DNA of 62,675 nucleotides, filler included, from Candidatus Fermentibacterota bacterium (GTDB lineage: Bacteria > JAFGKV01): assembly GCA_016928395.1 (NCBI GenBank). It is 10 parts of 10 records of this genome, joined end to end, with 100 filler letters (N's around TTAATTAATTAA, not from the genome) between each part and the next. Parts side by side here need not be neighbours in the genome. Positions count along the whole stretch, not along the records: positions 52,589 to 55,710 come from JAFGKV010000076.1; positions 55,811 to 59,840 come from JAFGKV010000082.1; positions 59,941 to 62,675 come from JAFGKV010000085.1; 7 more parts are not named here. One strand, given 5' to 3'. Both the position numbers and the translations under genes were made by a program. This document shows, piece after piece, positions 52,868 through 62,675 of the stretch. How positions within the stretch are numbered: the stretch's first letter is position 1; every line of letters begins with the position of its first letter. The notes beneath the pieces are model-generated. The model saw only the letters and a program-made list of their open reading frames with translations, was not told the DNA's origin and searched no databases.

Positions 52868-55144
52868 ATGCGAAGTATCCTGAACCCCGGCCACAGGGCC
52901 GGCTGTCTCTTGTTGCTCCTATGTGCGCTGCTCATGGCGCAGCCGCGGCTCGGCGCATCCGAACTGCTCGGACCCGACGGTACGCCGCTCAGCCCCGGCA
53001 TGGATGGCACCTGGGTCCCCGATCAGCTCATCGTGAAGTTTCGGCAGGGAGCGGTCTCCTTGCCACGAGGTGCATCCGATATCCCTATCGCAGAAGTATC
53101 CGCACAGCCCGAGGTGCGCACACTCCTGGCAGAGGCGGGCGTGGAGCGAGTCAGGCGGCTCTTGCGTCGATTCGATGAGGCTGACAGCCTCCACACCACA
53201 AAGGACGGCAGAGTCATCCGCAGCGGGGGCCTCCTACGCATCATGCTGCTTACCCTTCCTGCGGGAAGTGATGTCGCTGCCGCGGTGGAGTCATTGCGCC
53301 GATCCCCCTGGGTTCTCTACGCTGAGCCCAACTACCTTCGCACCTGCTTCGGCACGCCCAACGACCAGTACTTCGTCCGGCAGTGGGGTCTTGAGCAACC
53401 CAATGACGTCGACATCGACGCGACCCAAGCCTGGGACGTCCAGACGGGCGACTATGGGATCAAGCTCGGCATACTCGACTCGGGAGTGGACCATGGCCAC
53501 GATGATCTGGGCGGAGGCTTCGGCTCGGGCCTGAAGGTGGCTGGAGGATGGGACTACTACTCCTGGGACTCCGACCCTTCGGATGAGTACTTCCACGGCA
53601 CGCACGTTGCCGGCATCGCCGCGGCCCTTACAAAGAACTTCTGGCCGCGGATGCAGGAACCCGAGTCTGATGGAGATGGTTCGCGACTTCTGAAGAGCAT
53701 CGGCATCGCGGGAGTTGCCGGCGGCTGGGGCTACAATCACAGAACGGGCGCCGGCAACAAGGGCGCGCAGTTATGGGCAATGAAGATCGGCGGTTCTTCC
53801 GGGAGCATCAGCACCACCGCTGCCATCGAAGCCATCGTGGAAGGAGCGCTCAGCTTGGGCCTGGATGTGATGAACAATAGCTGGGGAGGGCCCGGATACA
53901 GCGAGGCACTACGTGAGGCGGTGAGCATCGCTGCCAATGCAGGGTGTGTGTTCGTGGCGGCCAAGGGCAACGATGACTGGGGCAATCTGAACTACCCTTC
54001 AGACTATGATGAGCATTGGGTCCTGTCCGTGGGCGCGGTCAACCAGGAAGGGTTTCGCGCCCGGAACCCCGACTATGGATGGGGAGTCGGCCGAGGCAGC
54101 AACTACGGCAACGGCATCGATGTCGTGGCCCCCGGCACATGCATCCTGTCGACGATGCCGAGGTCCATTACCCCGGCGATGGCGTACTGCCCGTGGAGGC
54201 CGCTGGACGCGAACTACGACAGCCTTAGCGGCACCTCCATGGCCGCTCCCCACGTCGCCGGCCTGGCGGCGCTTCTGCTCTCCCAGAACCCCGAGCTCTG
54301 CGTCGACGATGTCGAGAACCTCATCAGGGTCTCCGCCGTGGATCATGACCCTCCCGGCTACGATGACGAGTATGGCGCCGGCCTGATCAAGGCCGGGGCG
54401 GCCCTGGCCCTACTGTCGGCGCCCTGGGAGTTGACCTACTGCCAGGTTCAGGGAGGAACCGTCGTCCAGACGACCGGCTTCTACTCCTGCACGTTTCTCG
54501 GCGACGGTCCCCTGGCTGAAGGGTCGTACTACGTGAAGCGGTGTGATGTGCGCAGAACCGTCTCCTATGAGTACCAGGGCACGCCCTACCTGTGGCCGCA
54601 TGTGTGGGGGCGGGGCCTGGAGAGCACGGGATGGTCCGCGGCCAATCCGAACTATCAGATGGGATACTGCCATGTCGTCTCCGCGACAGGCTCCGAGGCC
54701 GTGCTGCAGTCCCATGTGTACAAGGTGTACAATGCGCTGGGACAACTGATCGGCTGGTACCCGTGCCAGCCGTCGGGGGTGACATTCGCGTATACCCTTC
54801 TGGGCATACCTTCCCGAGGCTCACCACAACCCGACAGGCCCGGCGCATCGAGCCTGGCCGAGATCGCAGCGTTGCCTGACCGGTTCGATCTCCGCCCGAT
54901 CCGGCCGAACCCCGTCAGGGATGAGGCTGCCATGGAGTTCGCGCTGCCATACTCCTGTCATGTCCTCCTCTCATTGCACGATCTTCAGGGCCGGGAAGTC
55001 GCCCGGGTGATTGACGGCGGACTTGCGGCAGGCTATCATGATGTCACCTGGCAGCCGGATCTTGCGCCCAGTGGGGCCTATGTGTGTCGACTCCGTGCGG
55101 GAGGCTTTGAGTTCTCCCAACCGATGGTAGTCATGAAGCACTAG
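52868..55144 (+). CDS. Secreted S8 subtilase with T9SS/FlgD-type C-terminal domain
   Basis: Signal peptide, prodomain (YAEPNY), triad ILDSG / HGTHVAG / GTSMAAP, and C-terminal RPNP...DLQGREV...SGAYVCRL. Confidence 0.92.
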   Translation: MRSILNPGHRAGCLLLLLCALLMAQPRLGASELLGPDGTPLSPGMDGTWVPDQLIVKFRQGAVSLPRGASDIPIAEVSAQPEVRTLLAEAGVERVRRLLRRFDEADSLHTTKDGRVIRSGGLLRIMLLTLPAGSDVAAAVESLRRSPWVLYAEPNYLRTCFGTPNDQYFVRQWGLEQPNDVDIDATQAWDVQTGDYGIKLGILDSGVDHGHDDLGGGFGSGLKVAGGWDYYSWDSDPSDEYFHGTHVAGIAAALTKNFWPRMQEPESDGDGSRLLKSIGIAGVAGGWGYNHRTGAGNKGAQLWAMKIGGSSGSISTTAAIEAIVEGALSLGLDVMNNSWGGPGYSEALREAVSIAANAGCVFVAAKGNDDWGNLNYPSDYDEHWVLSVGAVNQEGFRARNPDYGWGVGRGSNYGNGIDVVAPGTCILSTMPRSITPAMAYCPWRPLDANYDSLSGTSMAAPHVAGLAALLLSQNPELCVDDVENLIRVSAVDHDPPGYDDEYGAGLIKAGAALALLSAPWELTYCQVQGGTVVQTTGFYSCTFLGDGPLAEGSYYVKRCDVRRTVSYEYQGTPYLWPHVWGRGLESTGWSAANPNYQMGYCHVVSATGSEAVLQSHVYKVYNALGQLIGWYPCQPSGVTFAYTLLGIPSRGSPQPDRPGASSLAEIAALPDRFDLRPIRPNPVRDEAAMEFALPYSCHVLLSLHDLQGREVARVIDGGLAAGYHDVTWQPDLAPSGAYVCRLRAGGFEFSQPMVVMKH

Positions 55145-55202
55145 GTTGGTTCTCCGGCGAGCCGATGCTTTCGGCTCGCCGGGGCCGAGGAGGTTGATCG
55201 AG

Positions 55203-55710
55203 ATGAGAAGACGAGCAGGCAAAGACCGACCATTCGATGGGTGTGCGGCTGTTGGGAGGTTGTGCCAATGGCGTGGCGCACTCCTGGGCGCTCTGAGCGC
55301 CGTGCTCATGGCATCTGCATGCTCCGAGCCAACCGAACCCCCCCGCTACTTCCCGGTCGAGACCGTGACAACCATCGATCATCAGCCCGCCTGGTCACCA
55401 GATGGGCGGACCATCGCCTACCGCCACGGGTGGAACCGAATACTGCTTCTTGACATGGAGACCATGGAGAGGCGAGTCCTCACCTATGGCTGTGCGCCGG
55501 CCTGGTCGCCGGACGGCGGGTCCATCGTCTACGTGGGCGCGGAAGGCATGCAGAACATCTACGTGATCGAGCTGGAGACGGGTGCGGTGCGGAAGCTGAC
55601 GAACTGGGGAAAGTGCTGCGATCCCTCGTGGTCGCCCGACGGGTCGCGGATCGCGTTTGACTCCTGGCAACACATCCAGGAGTACGTGGGTGGGCCGGCG
55701 CAGGACTTCC
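55203..55710 (+). CDS. TolB-like PD40 repeat lipoprotein, 3' truncated
   Basis: Lipobox ASAC and three P(A/S)WSPDG repeats. GAGGAGG RBS. Confidence 0.8.
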
Positions 55711-55810
55711 NNNNNNNNNNNNNNNNNNNNNNNNNNNNNNNNNNNNNNNNNNNNTTAATTAATTAANNNNNNNNNNNNNNNNNNNNNNNNNNNNNNNNNN
55801 NNNNNNNNNN
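55711..55810. other. Artificial contig linker
   Basis: N44-TTAATTAATTAA-N44. Confidence 0.98.
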
Positions 55811-55840
55811 ATCTGTAGCGTGACACAGGGAGGTGCAACG

Positions 55841-58800
55841 ATGAGACGGCATGCGCTGGTATGGGCAATGTTGGTTGCGGTGGTCGCGACGGCGTCTTCT
55901 GATGCCGAGAGCGACTATTGGAAGAAGTGGCGGTCCGAACACGGAAGCGAGATGTTCGGCGGCCCCTGGCACTTCACGGACTACGTGAAGCTGGACCCGG
56001 TGGGACCTGCCGTGGTTGGGCAGCCGGTGACGGTGCGGACCAGGGCGTGGTTTCCGTCCGCGGACCTGCCGCCGTCGGTGCGAATCCGGCTCCCGAGCAA
56101 TTGGGTTCCCCCTGTTCCCCCTGCCCGTGTGAAGGCGCGGGTGTTCTGGAATGCGAGCGGCGATACCGAGCTGTTGAGCGATTCGGTGGTGGAGACCTAC
56201 ATCGGTCCCAAGGACACGCTGGATGTGACCGCGGTGTTCCGGAGCAAGACTGGAAGGTGTCTCAACGGGGGCGTACAGGTCTACCTGTACTACGTGGTGG
56301 GCGGGGTGCCGGTGAGGGATCCCCGGATGTTCGAGTCGGCGCCAAAGGACTACTGGTGGTATGCAGGGGGGGGGGTGATCTACCTCGGGCCCAATCCCCT
56401 GAATCCTGCGGAGCTCCTTGACCGCGATCAACTCGACCTGATCCGCCGCGACATGGCCCGGGCATTCGAGGCTCGACTTGCAGGCGCCCGTGCCGGCACG
56501 GTGGCGGCATCCGAGGAGGCCCGGGCGGTCATCGATAGCCTGCTGCCCACGGTGGACGAGCCGACGCGGCGGCAGTTGGGCGTAGTATGCGACTACCTGG
56601 GAGGGAAGACCAAGACTGCCCCTCGTGATGCGGCGCTGTTCGTGGGGAAGCAGATCTCGGTATGGGCGAGAGGAAAGGAGTATGCGTGGATGGGGGGGAG
56701 TGAGCAGGCGGTCGCGGAGTGGGCGGTGGGTGCAGCGGAGCGAGGGATGCTGGACGACATGTACGGAAGCACAGTGAAGAGACCAGCAGACCTAGGGAGG
56801 GATCCGAACGCGCCCGCGTGGGAGATGTATCAGGCGGTGCGGGATGCACGCGACACGAAGATCACATGGGAGGAGGCCCGGGAACGGGTGACTCATTGAT
56901 CGCGGCATACCCGGAGCATGGGGAGGCGCAGAAGCTGGGGCCATTCATCAGGGACAAACAGTTGCCTGAGTGGCGCAGGAGGTTTGAGAAGACGTGGTGG
57001 CAGAAGCTGCTGGACGGGGCATTGAAGGGGGATGGATCGGGCGAGGTGGAGGGAACGCCCGAGGAGGAGCGGTACACATGGTTCTTCCAAGGCTACTGGA
57101 AGTATCGTGACCATGCGGTGACGCGGTACGACGGGCTGGCGCCCGAGACGACCGATGAGCTTGTGCGGCGGGGATGGGCGTACATCCAGTTCATCAGCGG
57201 GGGTGATGTGGTGCTGCGCGGCCCTTTTGTGTTGGGGGAGGATGGGTACTTCCAGTTCGGGCCTGAGGACTTCTCGGAAAACCAGCTTGCGGTGATTCCG
57301 TTCGTGGTGCTCTACGGGCAGTTTCCGACGTATCAGTGGCCGCAGCTCTATGTCATGGAAACCGACTCGTCCCCAGCGTACAAGGTCTACAGCCCCTCTC
57401 AGACCGTGTACCCTGGGAACGCGAATCTCGGGTCGTGCTTTCCAGATCCGGCCCATCCAGTACGCGACGAGGTCTTGAACATCTTCGACCGTTTGGTGGA
57501 GGCATGGCAGAGGATACCGGCGGCGCTGCCGCCTCAGAACGTCAGGCTCTGGGCGATCTGGAAGGCGGGAGACACCCTGAGTACCGGCTATCAGCCGCTC
57601 ACCCGCCGGATCCGCCTCAACGGTGCAGGGGAGAGTTCGGCCGAATGGAGCGATGACACGATCTTCCATGAGTTCGGCCATTTCGTGTTCGACACGTATG
57701 GAACAGACGTGACGTCCGGAGGCGGGCACGCGTGGTGGCAATCGTATCCCCAGAACCCCGCACTGGCTTTGAGCGAGGGGTGGGCCCATTTCTACCAGGG
57801 TTTCGTCAACCACGAGATCGGTGTGCCGGCATGGCATGAGGGGTACCATCTCCGGCCGCTGGGTGGACTGGGCGGCACTCAGACGGCATGGGCCGAGATC
57901 GAGAACCCGTGGCACTTCGGCAGTGGCACAAGTCCGGCCTCTGGAACCCTGCAGCACGGCCTCTACAATGAGGCGAGCGTGGCGGGATGCCTGTGGGACA
58001 TGTTCGATGCGGCCAACGAGGTCTACGACGGCGCGTCGTGCAGCCAGCACGCCGATGCGTATGCGGATGCGCTCACGCGGCCCATCGGGGAGATCTGGAA
58101 CTCGGTGATGGCGGGCGAGCCGGGTACCCTCCTGGGGGTTCTCGAGACGTGGTATGCCAATGCGTATGGGCATCAGGCACAGATCTGCGGGATCTGCAAC
58201 CACCACGGCATCGCCCGGTGGCTGTGGATGCCGACAGAGCGCATTGTGACGTGCGCGATCCTTGATGACACTACCTCCCTCCGCCTCGCGCTGCACAATA
58301 CCGACGGTACGGCAGCACATTCGTTTTCCATGAGCACGGACGTGGCGTGGGCATGGCCTGATGTCGGCTCAGGCAGCATTGACCCGGGAGACTCGGCAGT
58401 GGCGCAGCTCTGGCTCGACGGGATCGGCTGGCCTCCGACGGAGGTGCGCGAAGGGTTTCTTACGATCAACGACGGGAGTGGGGGATGCGGGTTGGAGGTG
58501 ATCCTGCGGGTGATGGGCACGTGGGAGGAGATCGAGATCATCGCGGGCAGAGTCGCTGATGCGGACGGCTGGGTGGAGGATGCGACCGTAGGAACCGATT
58601 CCTCGGGCGAGGCCGCTGCGACCGACGGGGCCGGATGGTTCTTGCTGGGGGTGCCGGAGGGGGTGTACACCCTGCGGGTCTGGGCCGCGGGGTACTACCC
58701 TGCGATGCTGCCCGACGTGGCCTGCCCGTCGGATGTGGGAACCGTGGTCCTGACGCCCCACGGCACGCCGGGGGGATCCTCGCTCGTGTGCACTTTCCAG

Positions 58801-59466
58801 GGCAGCGCGAGCACGTTCCAGGGGAGAGCGCTTCTTGAGGGGGACGTGGTGGAGGCGTGGGATCCGGATGGGGTGCGGTGCGGGGCGTGGGAGGTCACGA
58901 GCCAGGGATGCTACGGGCCGATGGTGGTGTATGGAGATGATCCTTCGACGCCTTTGGTCGACGAGGGCGCCGAGGAGGGGGAGACGGTGCGATTCACCAT
59001 CAACGGATTCACCGCCCAGTGCCTGGGGCCTGACGAGCCACAGTGGCATGCGGGAGGCGGCCCGTACAGAGTCGAGCTGACGGCGCATGATGCGCCACCC
59101 ATGGGGGTGACAGACCTGGCGGTCTCGGCCGTGAGTGGGTTGGCGCTGCTGGCGTGGACGGCGGTGACGGAGGATACCAGCGGCAATCCGGAACCGTCCA
59201 TCAGGACGTGCATCCATCGCAGGCCTGTTGCGTACTTCGCGCCGGGAGAGGCCACGGAGATCGACTGGATCTTTGGGGAGAGCGAGTACTGGGACTGGGA
59301 GAGCGGGGTGGGCGATCCGGCGGTACACTCGTTCTACCGGATCGTGCACCGAGACAATCTCGGGCAGAGTTCTGCGCCCTCGAACACCGCGGGGGAGTTC
59401 GAGTTCGGAACCGGGGGAGCTCTCCTGAAGCATGAGGCCGAGGAGAGGCCGGCGAGGCTCGAATGA
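55841..59466 (+). CDS. Large secreted zinc-metalloprotease-like multidomain protein split by an apparent frameshift at ~56890
   Basis: ORF1 (55841-56899) has the RBS and signal peptide. ORF2 has HEFGH + SEGWA, Ig/carboxypeptidase-regulatory-like domains and an FN3-like C-terminus, but no signal peptide. One extra base at 56890 fuses them. Confidence 0.7.
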
Positions 59467-59495
59467 AGTCTCTGAACCTGGCGCGTGAGCCCGCG

Positions 59496-59576
59496 GCGCG
59501 TTCGCACTCGTGCTCGAAGGCCCGGGTCGTCGATTACGATGGCGACAACGATAGCGATGCCGCCCCCGAGCCCCGC
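59496..59576. repeat. Dispersed intergenic element
   Basis: CGCACTCG.GCT...CCCGG...CGATT...GAT.GCGAT.CCGCCCC, similar to 60491-60558. Confidence 0.55.
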
Positions 59577-59840
59577 CCCAGGGGCGGGCGGAGTCAGAGC
59601 TGGGCCGTTAGGAGAGGAACGATTCCGTGCAGAGCTCCGTAGGGGAGGGCGCCTCTGCCCTCCCGGGGAGCGCGTGCTCCGATGCCCGGCAGATCGATTA
59701 CGATAGCGATACCGGCCCCGATGCCAGTCGGCAGTCACCAATCGGCAGTCCGGCCTTTCTCTTCGCTCCTCACTCCCATCTCCTGTCTCAGAGAACACAG
59801 CGCGCTATCCATCCACTCGTCCACTCATCCATCATTCCAT

Positions 59841-59940
59841 NNNNNNNNNNNNNNNNNNNNNNNNNNNNNNNNNNNNNNNNNNNNTTAATTAATTAANNNN
59901 NNNNNNNNNNNNNNNNNNNNNNNNNNNNNNNNNNNNNNNN
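59841..59940. other. Artificial contig linker
   Basis: N44-TTAATTAATTAA-N44. Confidence 0.98.
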
Positions 59941-60111
59941 AATCGGCTGGCCGAGTTGCCCAGCGGGACGACCACGTGGTCCAGCGCATCGGGCATCGGC
60001 GACCCGGATCACAACTGGACCTATCTGGTCCGCGCGGTCGACGCAGCCGAGCTTGAACTGAGCCGCTCGGGCTATGCCGGCGAGTTCGACTGGGGGATGA
60101 TCATCCCGTAG
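59941..60111 (+). CDS. C-terminal fragment of a protein ending in the GIGDP...GEFD domain
   Basis: Not in the ORF track. Reads NRLAELPSGTTTWSSASGIGDPDHNWTYLVRAVDAAELELSRSGYAGEFDWGMIIP* and matches the C-terminus of the 55841-59466 product. Confidence 0.7.
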   Translation, partial: NRLAELPSGTTTWSSASGIGDPDHNWTYLVRAVDAAELELSRSGYAGEFDWGMIIP

Positions 60112-60225
60112 GCTGGCACCGATCCGCCACATTGACCATATAGGACAAATCCTATACAGGACCTGTCCTATACTGTTCGTGGGAGAACTCTAACGGGCAA
60201 AGGTTAGTTGGCACGCAAGGTAGCC

Positions 60226-60432
60226 GCATTCGGTGGTGCGGGGACACCCCAGCGCGCATCCTCACCGCCAAGCCGTGGCGCGGCGTTCCCACCCAGGGCA
60301 TGGAACGAACGGGTGTGGTGAGGAGCACGAGTGTCATCACCCGGCTTGACCGGGTGATCCAGAGCTGGGTCCAGATGCTCCTGCCTGGATTGCCCGAACG
60401 AGTCCGGCAATGACGGGGAGAGGTGTGGAAGT
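60226..60432. repeat. Dispersed palindromic intergenic element (copy 2)
   Basis: Contains GTCATCACCCGGCTTGACCGGGTGATCCAG...CTGGATTGCCCGAACGAGTCCGGCAATGAC. Homologous to 8913-9140. Confidence 0.75.
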
Positions 60433-60568
60433 TGCCACACGCATCATCAGGGCCGCCCGGGGCCGCGACTTGTTTACGCCAACATGCAAAGCTCGTACTC
60501 GCACTCGAGCTTGGATTCCCGGCTCGCCGATTGCGACAAGGATGGCGATACCGCCCCGTGCGCTTCGG

Positions 60569-62407
60569 TTACGGAATGTTAGCAGGGAACTGAAAGACCG
60601 CGAATCGGGCTGACATCGCAGAGGGATTCCCGGCCTCATCCACTGCGATTATGTGGTAGTAGTCGTACCGGGAGAATGCCTCGTTCCACTCGGTCCAGGC
60701 CGTGTCTGTTGCCTGGTGGTCGGGGTGGAGCACGGCCGGGAGTACGGCCAGGATCGATAGCTCGGGAGGCTCGATGCCTGGGCGTTCATACTCGTACCGT
60801 ACCACGCGGTAGAACAGAACGTTCTCAGGTCCGCCCAACTCATCAAGGGTGACCGCATTCCAGGTCAGCACTGCGGTGCTGTTCTCTGGGTCGACCTGGG
60901 CGGCGAACTGGCTCACGGCTTCAGGCCTCGTCCCGTCGCCGGTGTAGTTGTTGGGCACCACAAACACCGCGCCCGCATCGTACTCCACAAACGGATCGGC
61001 GGCAGCCCCAATGATCATGTCCGGATGGCCATCGCCGTTCACATCGCCGCCGGCCACGCTGGCACCCGCCCAGAACTTTCCGGACACGCCACGCCAGCCG
61101 CCTTCAGCTTGCTCTATGTCCAGCGTCGAGGGCCAGCTCTCTCTGCCAAAGACCGCGTAGGCTTTGCCGACTCCATTGTCGAAGATCGGGGCGCCAACGG
61201 CGAAATCGTCGTATCCGTCATTGTCAACGTCGCCCAGGAGCGCCATGGCGTCACCGGTGGAGAAGTCAGCGCCAAGAATCTGCGTGTCGGCATCGGATGC
61301 GGTGATGAGGGTTGGAGCAGTCGCGACACTGCTGCCCAGAAACACGAAAATCCGGCCCGTTTCCGAAGGGTGGGAGCTGGACACAAGGAAATCACCCTTG
61401 CCGTCACCATCGATGTCGCCGACTCCAGAGACGCAGGTGCCGATGAGTTGCTGGTCGAGCTCTCCCACGATAGCCGCGTCGGCATTGGCAAGGCTCTCAT
61501 TCAGACTCCAGCCGCTGGACCGGCCAAGGATCAGATATGCCTTACCGGCGAAAAAGAGGCCGGTGGGCGAGTAGTAGGGAGCGCCGATGACGATTTCGTC
61601 CCTTCCGTCACCATTGAGGTCGGAGACGCCGGTGACGGAGTATCCGGCCTGGCTGTCGGGAATCTGCGCTTCCCCGATAAACGATGCATTGGCCGCGATG
61701 TTGATGGGGACCGCCTCTCCCCCCCCTCCGGGCCAGGTAGTTCTGCCCAGAAACAGGTAGGTCTTTCCCGCGGATGTGCCTGCGCGACCGGACATGCCGA
61801 GCAGGAAGTCGCCCATGCCGTCGTCGTCCACATCCCCCACGGCCGCAACGGAGGGGTTCCCCATCACTGCCTCGCCGACGAATGCGGCATCCGCCATATA
61901 GAGCGGCACATTGTGCGCCCAGCCGCTCGCTTTCCCGAAGATGATGTAGACCTTGCCGTAGTCAGCTCCATTCTCATCATTGCCTGGAGAGACAATGACG
62001 ATATCGTCGTAGACGTCGCCATTGAGGCTTGGTACGATAGCCACACCGGCAGATCCTCCATCTTCGGATCCTCCGGGATGATCATCCGCGGCCTCCCCGC
62101 GGAAGCTGGCCTGGGAGTTGTCCATGATGCCCAACTCCGGCTGCCACCCGGCAGTGGAGCCGAAGACCACGAACACGGTTCCAAGGTCAATACCGCCAGT
62201 GGAGTCATAGGGCGCGGCGAACACCATGTCATCAATACCGTCGCCGTTCACATCGCCGCCGGACGCGACGCAGAGGCCCAGCTTCGCGTCCTCCATGGGG
62301 CCTGTCCATGACCATGGCGCCGACCATGTGTATTGGCCCTGCTCCCATGCAAAGGCGCTGCCAAGGCTGATGGCGCAGATCAGAAAGGCGAGGAATAGCC
62401 GGAACAT
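60569..62407 (-). CDS. Secreted FG-GAP/integrin-alpha beta-propeller protein with FN3-like C-terminal domain
   Basis: Signal peptide, seven DxNGDGxDD...GAP-type repeats, GGAGG RBS. Confidence 0.92.
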   Translation of the reverse strand: MFRLFLAFLICAISLGSAFAWEQGQYTWSAPWSWTGPMEDAKLGLCVASGGDVNGDGIDDMVFAAPYDSTGGIDLGTVFVVFGSTAGWQPELGIMDNSQASFRGEAADDHPGGSEDGGSAGVAIVPSLNGDVYDDIVIVSPGNDENGADYGKVYIIFGKASGWAHNVPLYMADAAFVGEAVMGNPSVAAVGDVDDDGMGDFLLGMSGRAGTSAGKTYLFLGRTTWPGGGGEAVPINIAANASFIGEAQIPDSQAGYSVTGVSDLNGDGRDEIVIGAPYYSPTGLFFAGKAYLILGRSSGWSLNESLANADAAIVGELDQQLIGTCVSGVGDIDGDGKGDFLVSSSHPSETGRIFVFLGSSVATAPTLITASDADTQILGADFSTGDAMALLGDVDNDGYDDFAVGAPIFDNGVGKAYAVFGRESWPSTLDIEQAEGGWRGVSGKFWAGASVAGGDVNGDGHPDMIIGAAADPFVEYDAGAVFVVPNNYTGDGTRPEAVSQFAAQVDPENSTAVLTWNAVTLDELGGPENVLFYRVVRYEYERPGIEPPELSILAVLPAVLHPDHQATDTAWTEWNEAFSRYDYYHIIAVDEAGNPSAMSARFAVFQFPANIP

Positions 62408-62509
62408 GTGTGACCTCCTATAGTGATGGCGCCTGGGACCTAGGTTGATGATGACACCAGTTGAATGTCCGGCTCCGTTCGCTCCCGCGCAAGTATGCAG
62501 GCCGTCTCG

Positions 62510-62590
62510 AGGGTTCAGGGTTCAGTCGGGCCTTTGAGGGCGCGGGCGCACTCAGGTTTCCCAAGGGTGAGAGGACGGCCGGCTGTCAGC
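62510..62590 (-). repeat. Diverged inverted copy of the 84-bp element
   Basis: Reverse complement GCTGACAGCCGGCCGTCCTCTCACCCTTGGGAAACCTGAGTGCGCCCGCGCCCTCAAAGGCCCGACTGAACCCTGAACCCT aligns to 21295-21378. Confidence 0.65.
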
Positions 62591-62675
62591 TATCGGCTGT
62601 CAGCTGTTGGCTATCGGCTATCAGGCCCGCCCAGCGCTACGAGAAACCGTTGCCGTAGTAGGGGCGACCGTCTCT

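Noticed and set aside
56692-56698. G7 tract as the cause of the ORF1/ORF2 frameshift
   Set aside because: The ORF2 frame has a TGA at 56701-56703 just after the tract, so the shift must occur downstream.
56893-58320. 475-aa minus-strand ORF (similarly 58369-59433 and 61025-62311)
   Set aside because: Shadow ORFs opposite well-supported genes.
1-62675. rRNA, tRNA, tmRNA and known riboswitches
   Set aside because: No recognisable cloverleaf, rRNA segment or riboswitch consensus was seen by eye. An Infernal/tRNAscan run would be needed to exclude them fully.

Overview
The window is not contiguous. It is ten contig pieces joined by nine artificial 100-bp linkers (N44-TTAATTAATTAA-N44), so adjacency across a linker carries no biological meaning. 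The sequence is GC-rich and looks like a metagenome-assembled bacterial genome. TolC, BamE-like and T9SS/FlgD-type C-terminal domains point to a diderm, plausibly an FCB-group candidate phylum (inference). Piece 1: truncated PadR; an APC permease-metallophosphoesterase-nucleotidyltransferase-like operon; an M20 amidohydrolase-alr-GNAT-ornithine-racemase-like cluster; a MATE pump; and a decayed integron cassette array (four attC sites or remnants) abutting an IS4 fragment. Piece 2: paralogous secreted GVYG-repeat fibre-like proteins. Piece 3: an NDP-sugar C-methyltransferase/methyltransferase/DegT aminotransferase block. Piece 4: a phage-like initiator plus DnaC loader module. Piece 5: EamA and a cupin-atypical TGT-ArmA/Rmt-family 16S methyltransferase operon. 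Piece 6: a tightly coupled four-gene DUF6754-type membrane operon, a HAMP-PP2C phosphatase, a BamE-like lipoprotein and TetR-TolC-MFP-RND. Piece 7: tandem kbl paralogs, a CDP-alcohol phosphotransferase, DUF151, a short Smg-like protein and topA. Piece 8: an S8 peptidase and a TolB-like lipoprotein. Piece 9: a large frameshifted secreted metalloprotease. Piece 10: an FG-GAP protein. Intergenic DNA is dense with several REP/palindrome families. The best candidates for undescribed systems are the DUF6754 four-gene membrane complex, a C-terminal domain shared by three secreted-type proteins (possible sorting signal), the permease-phosphoesterase-nucleotidyltransferase operon, and the TGT-variant/Rmt coupling. 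No rRNA, tRNA, CRISPR array or DGR was recognised. All family assignments come from motif reading, not database searches.
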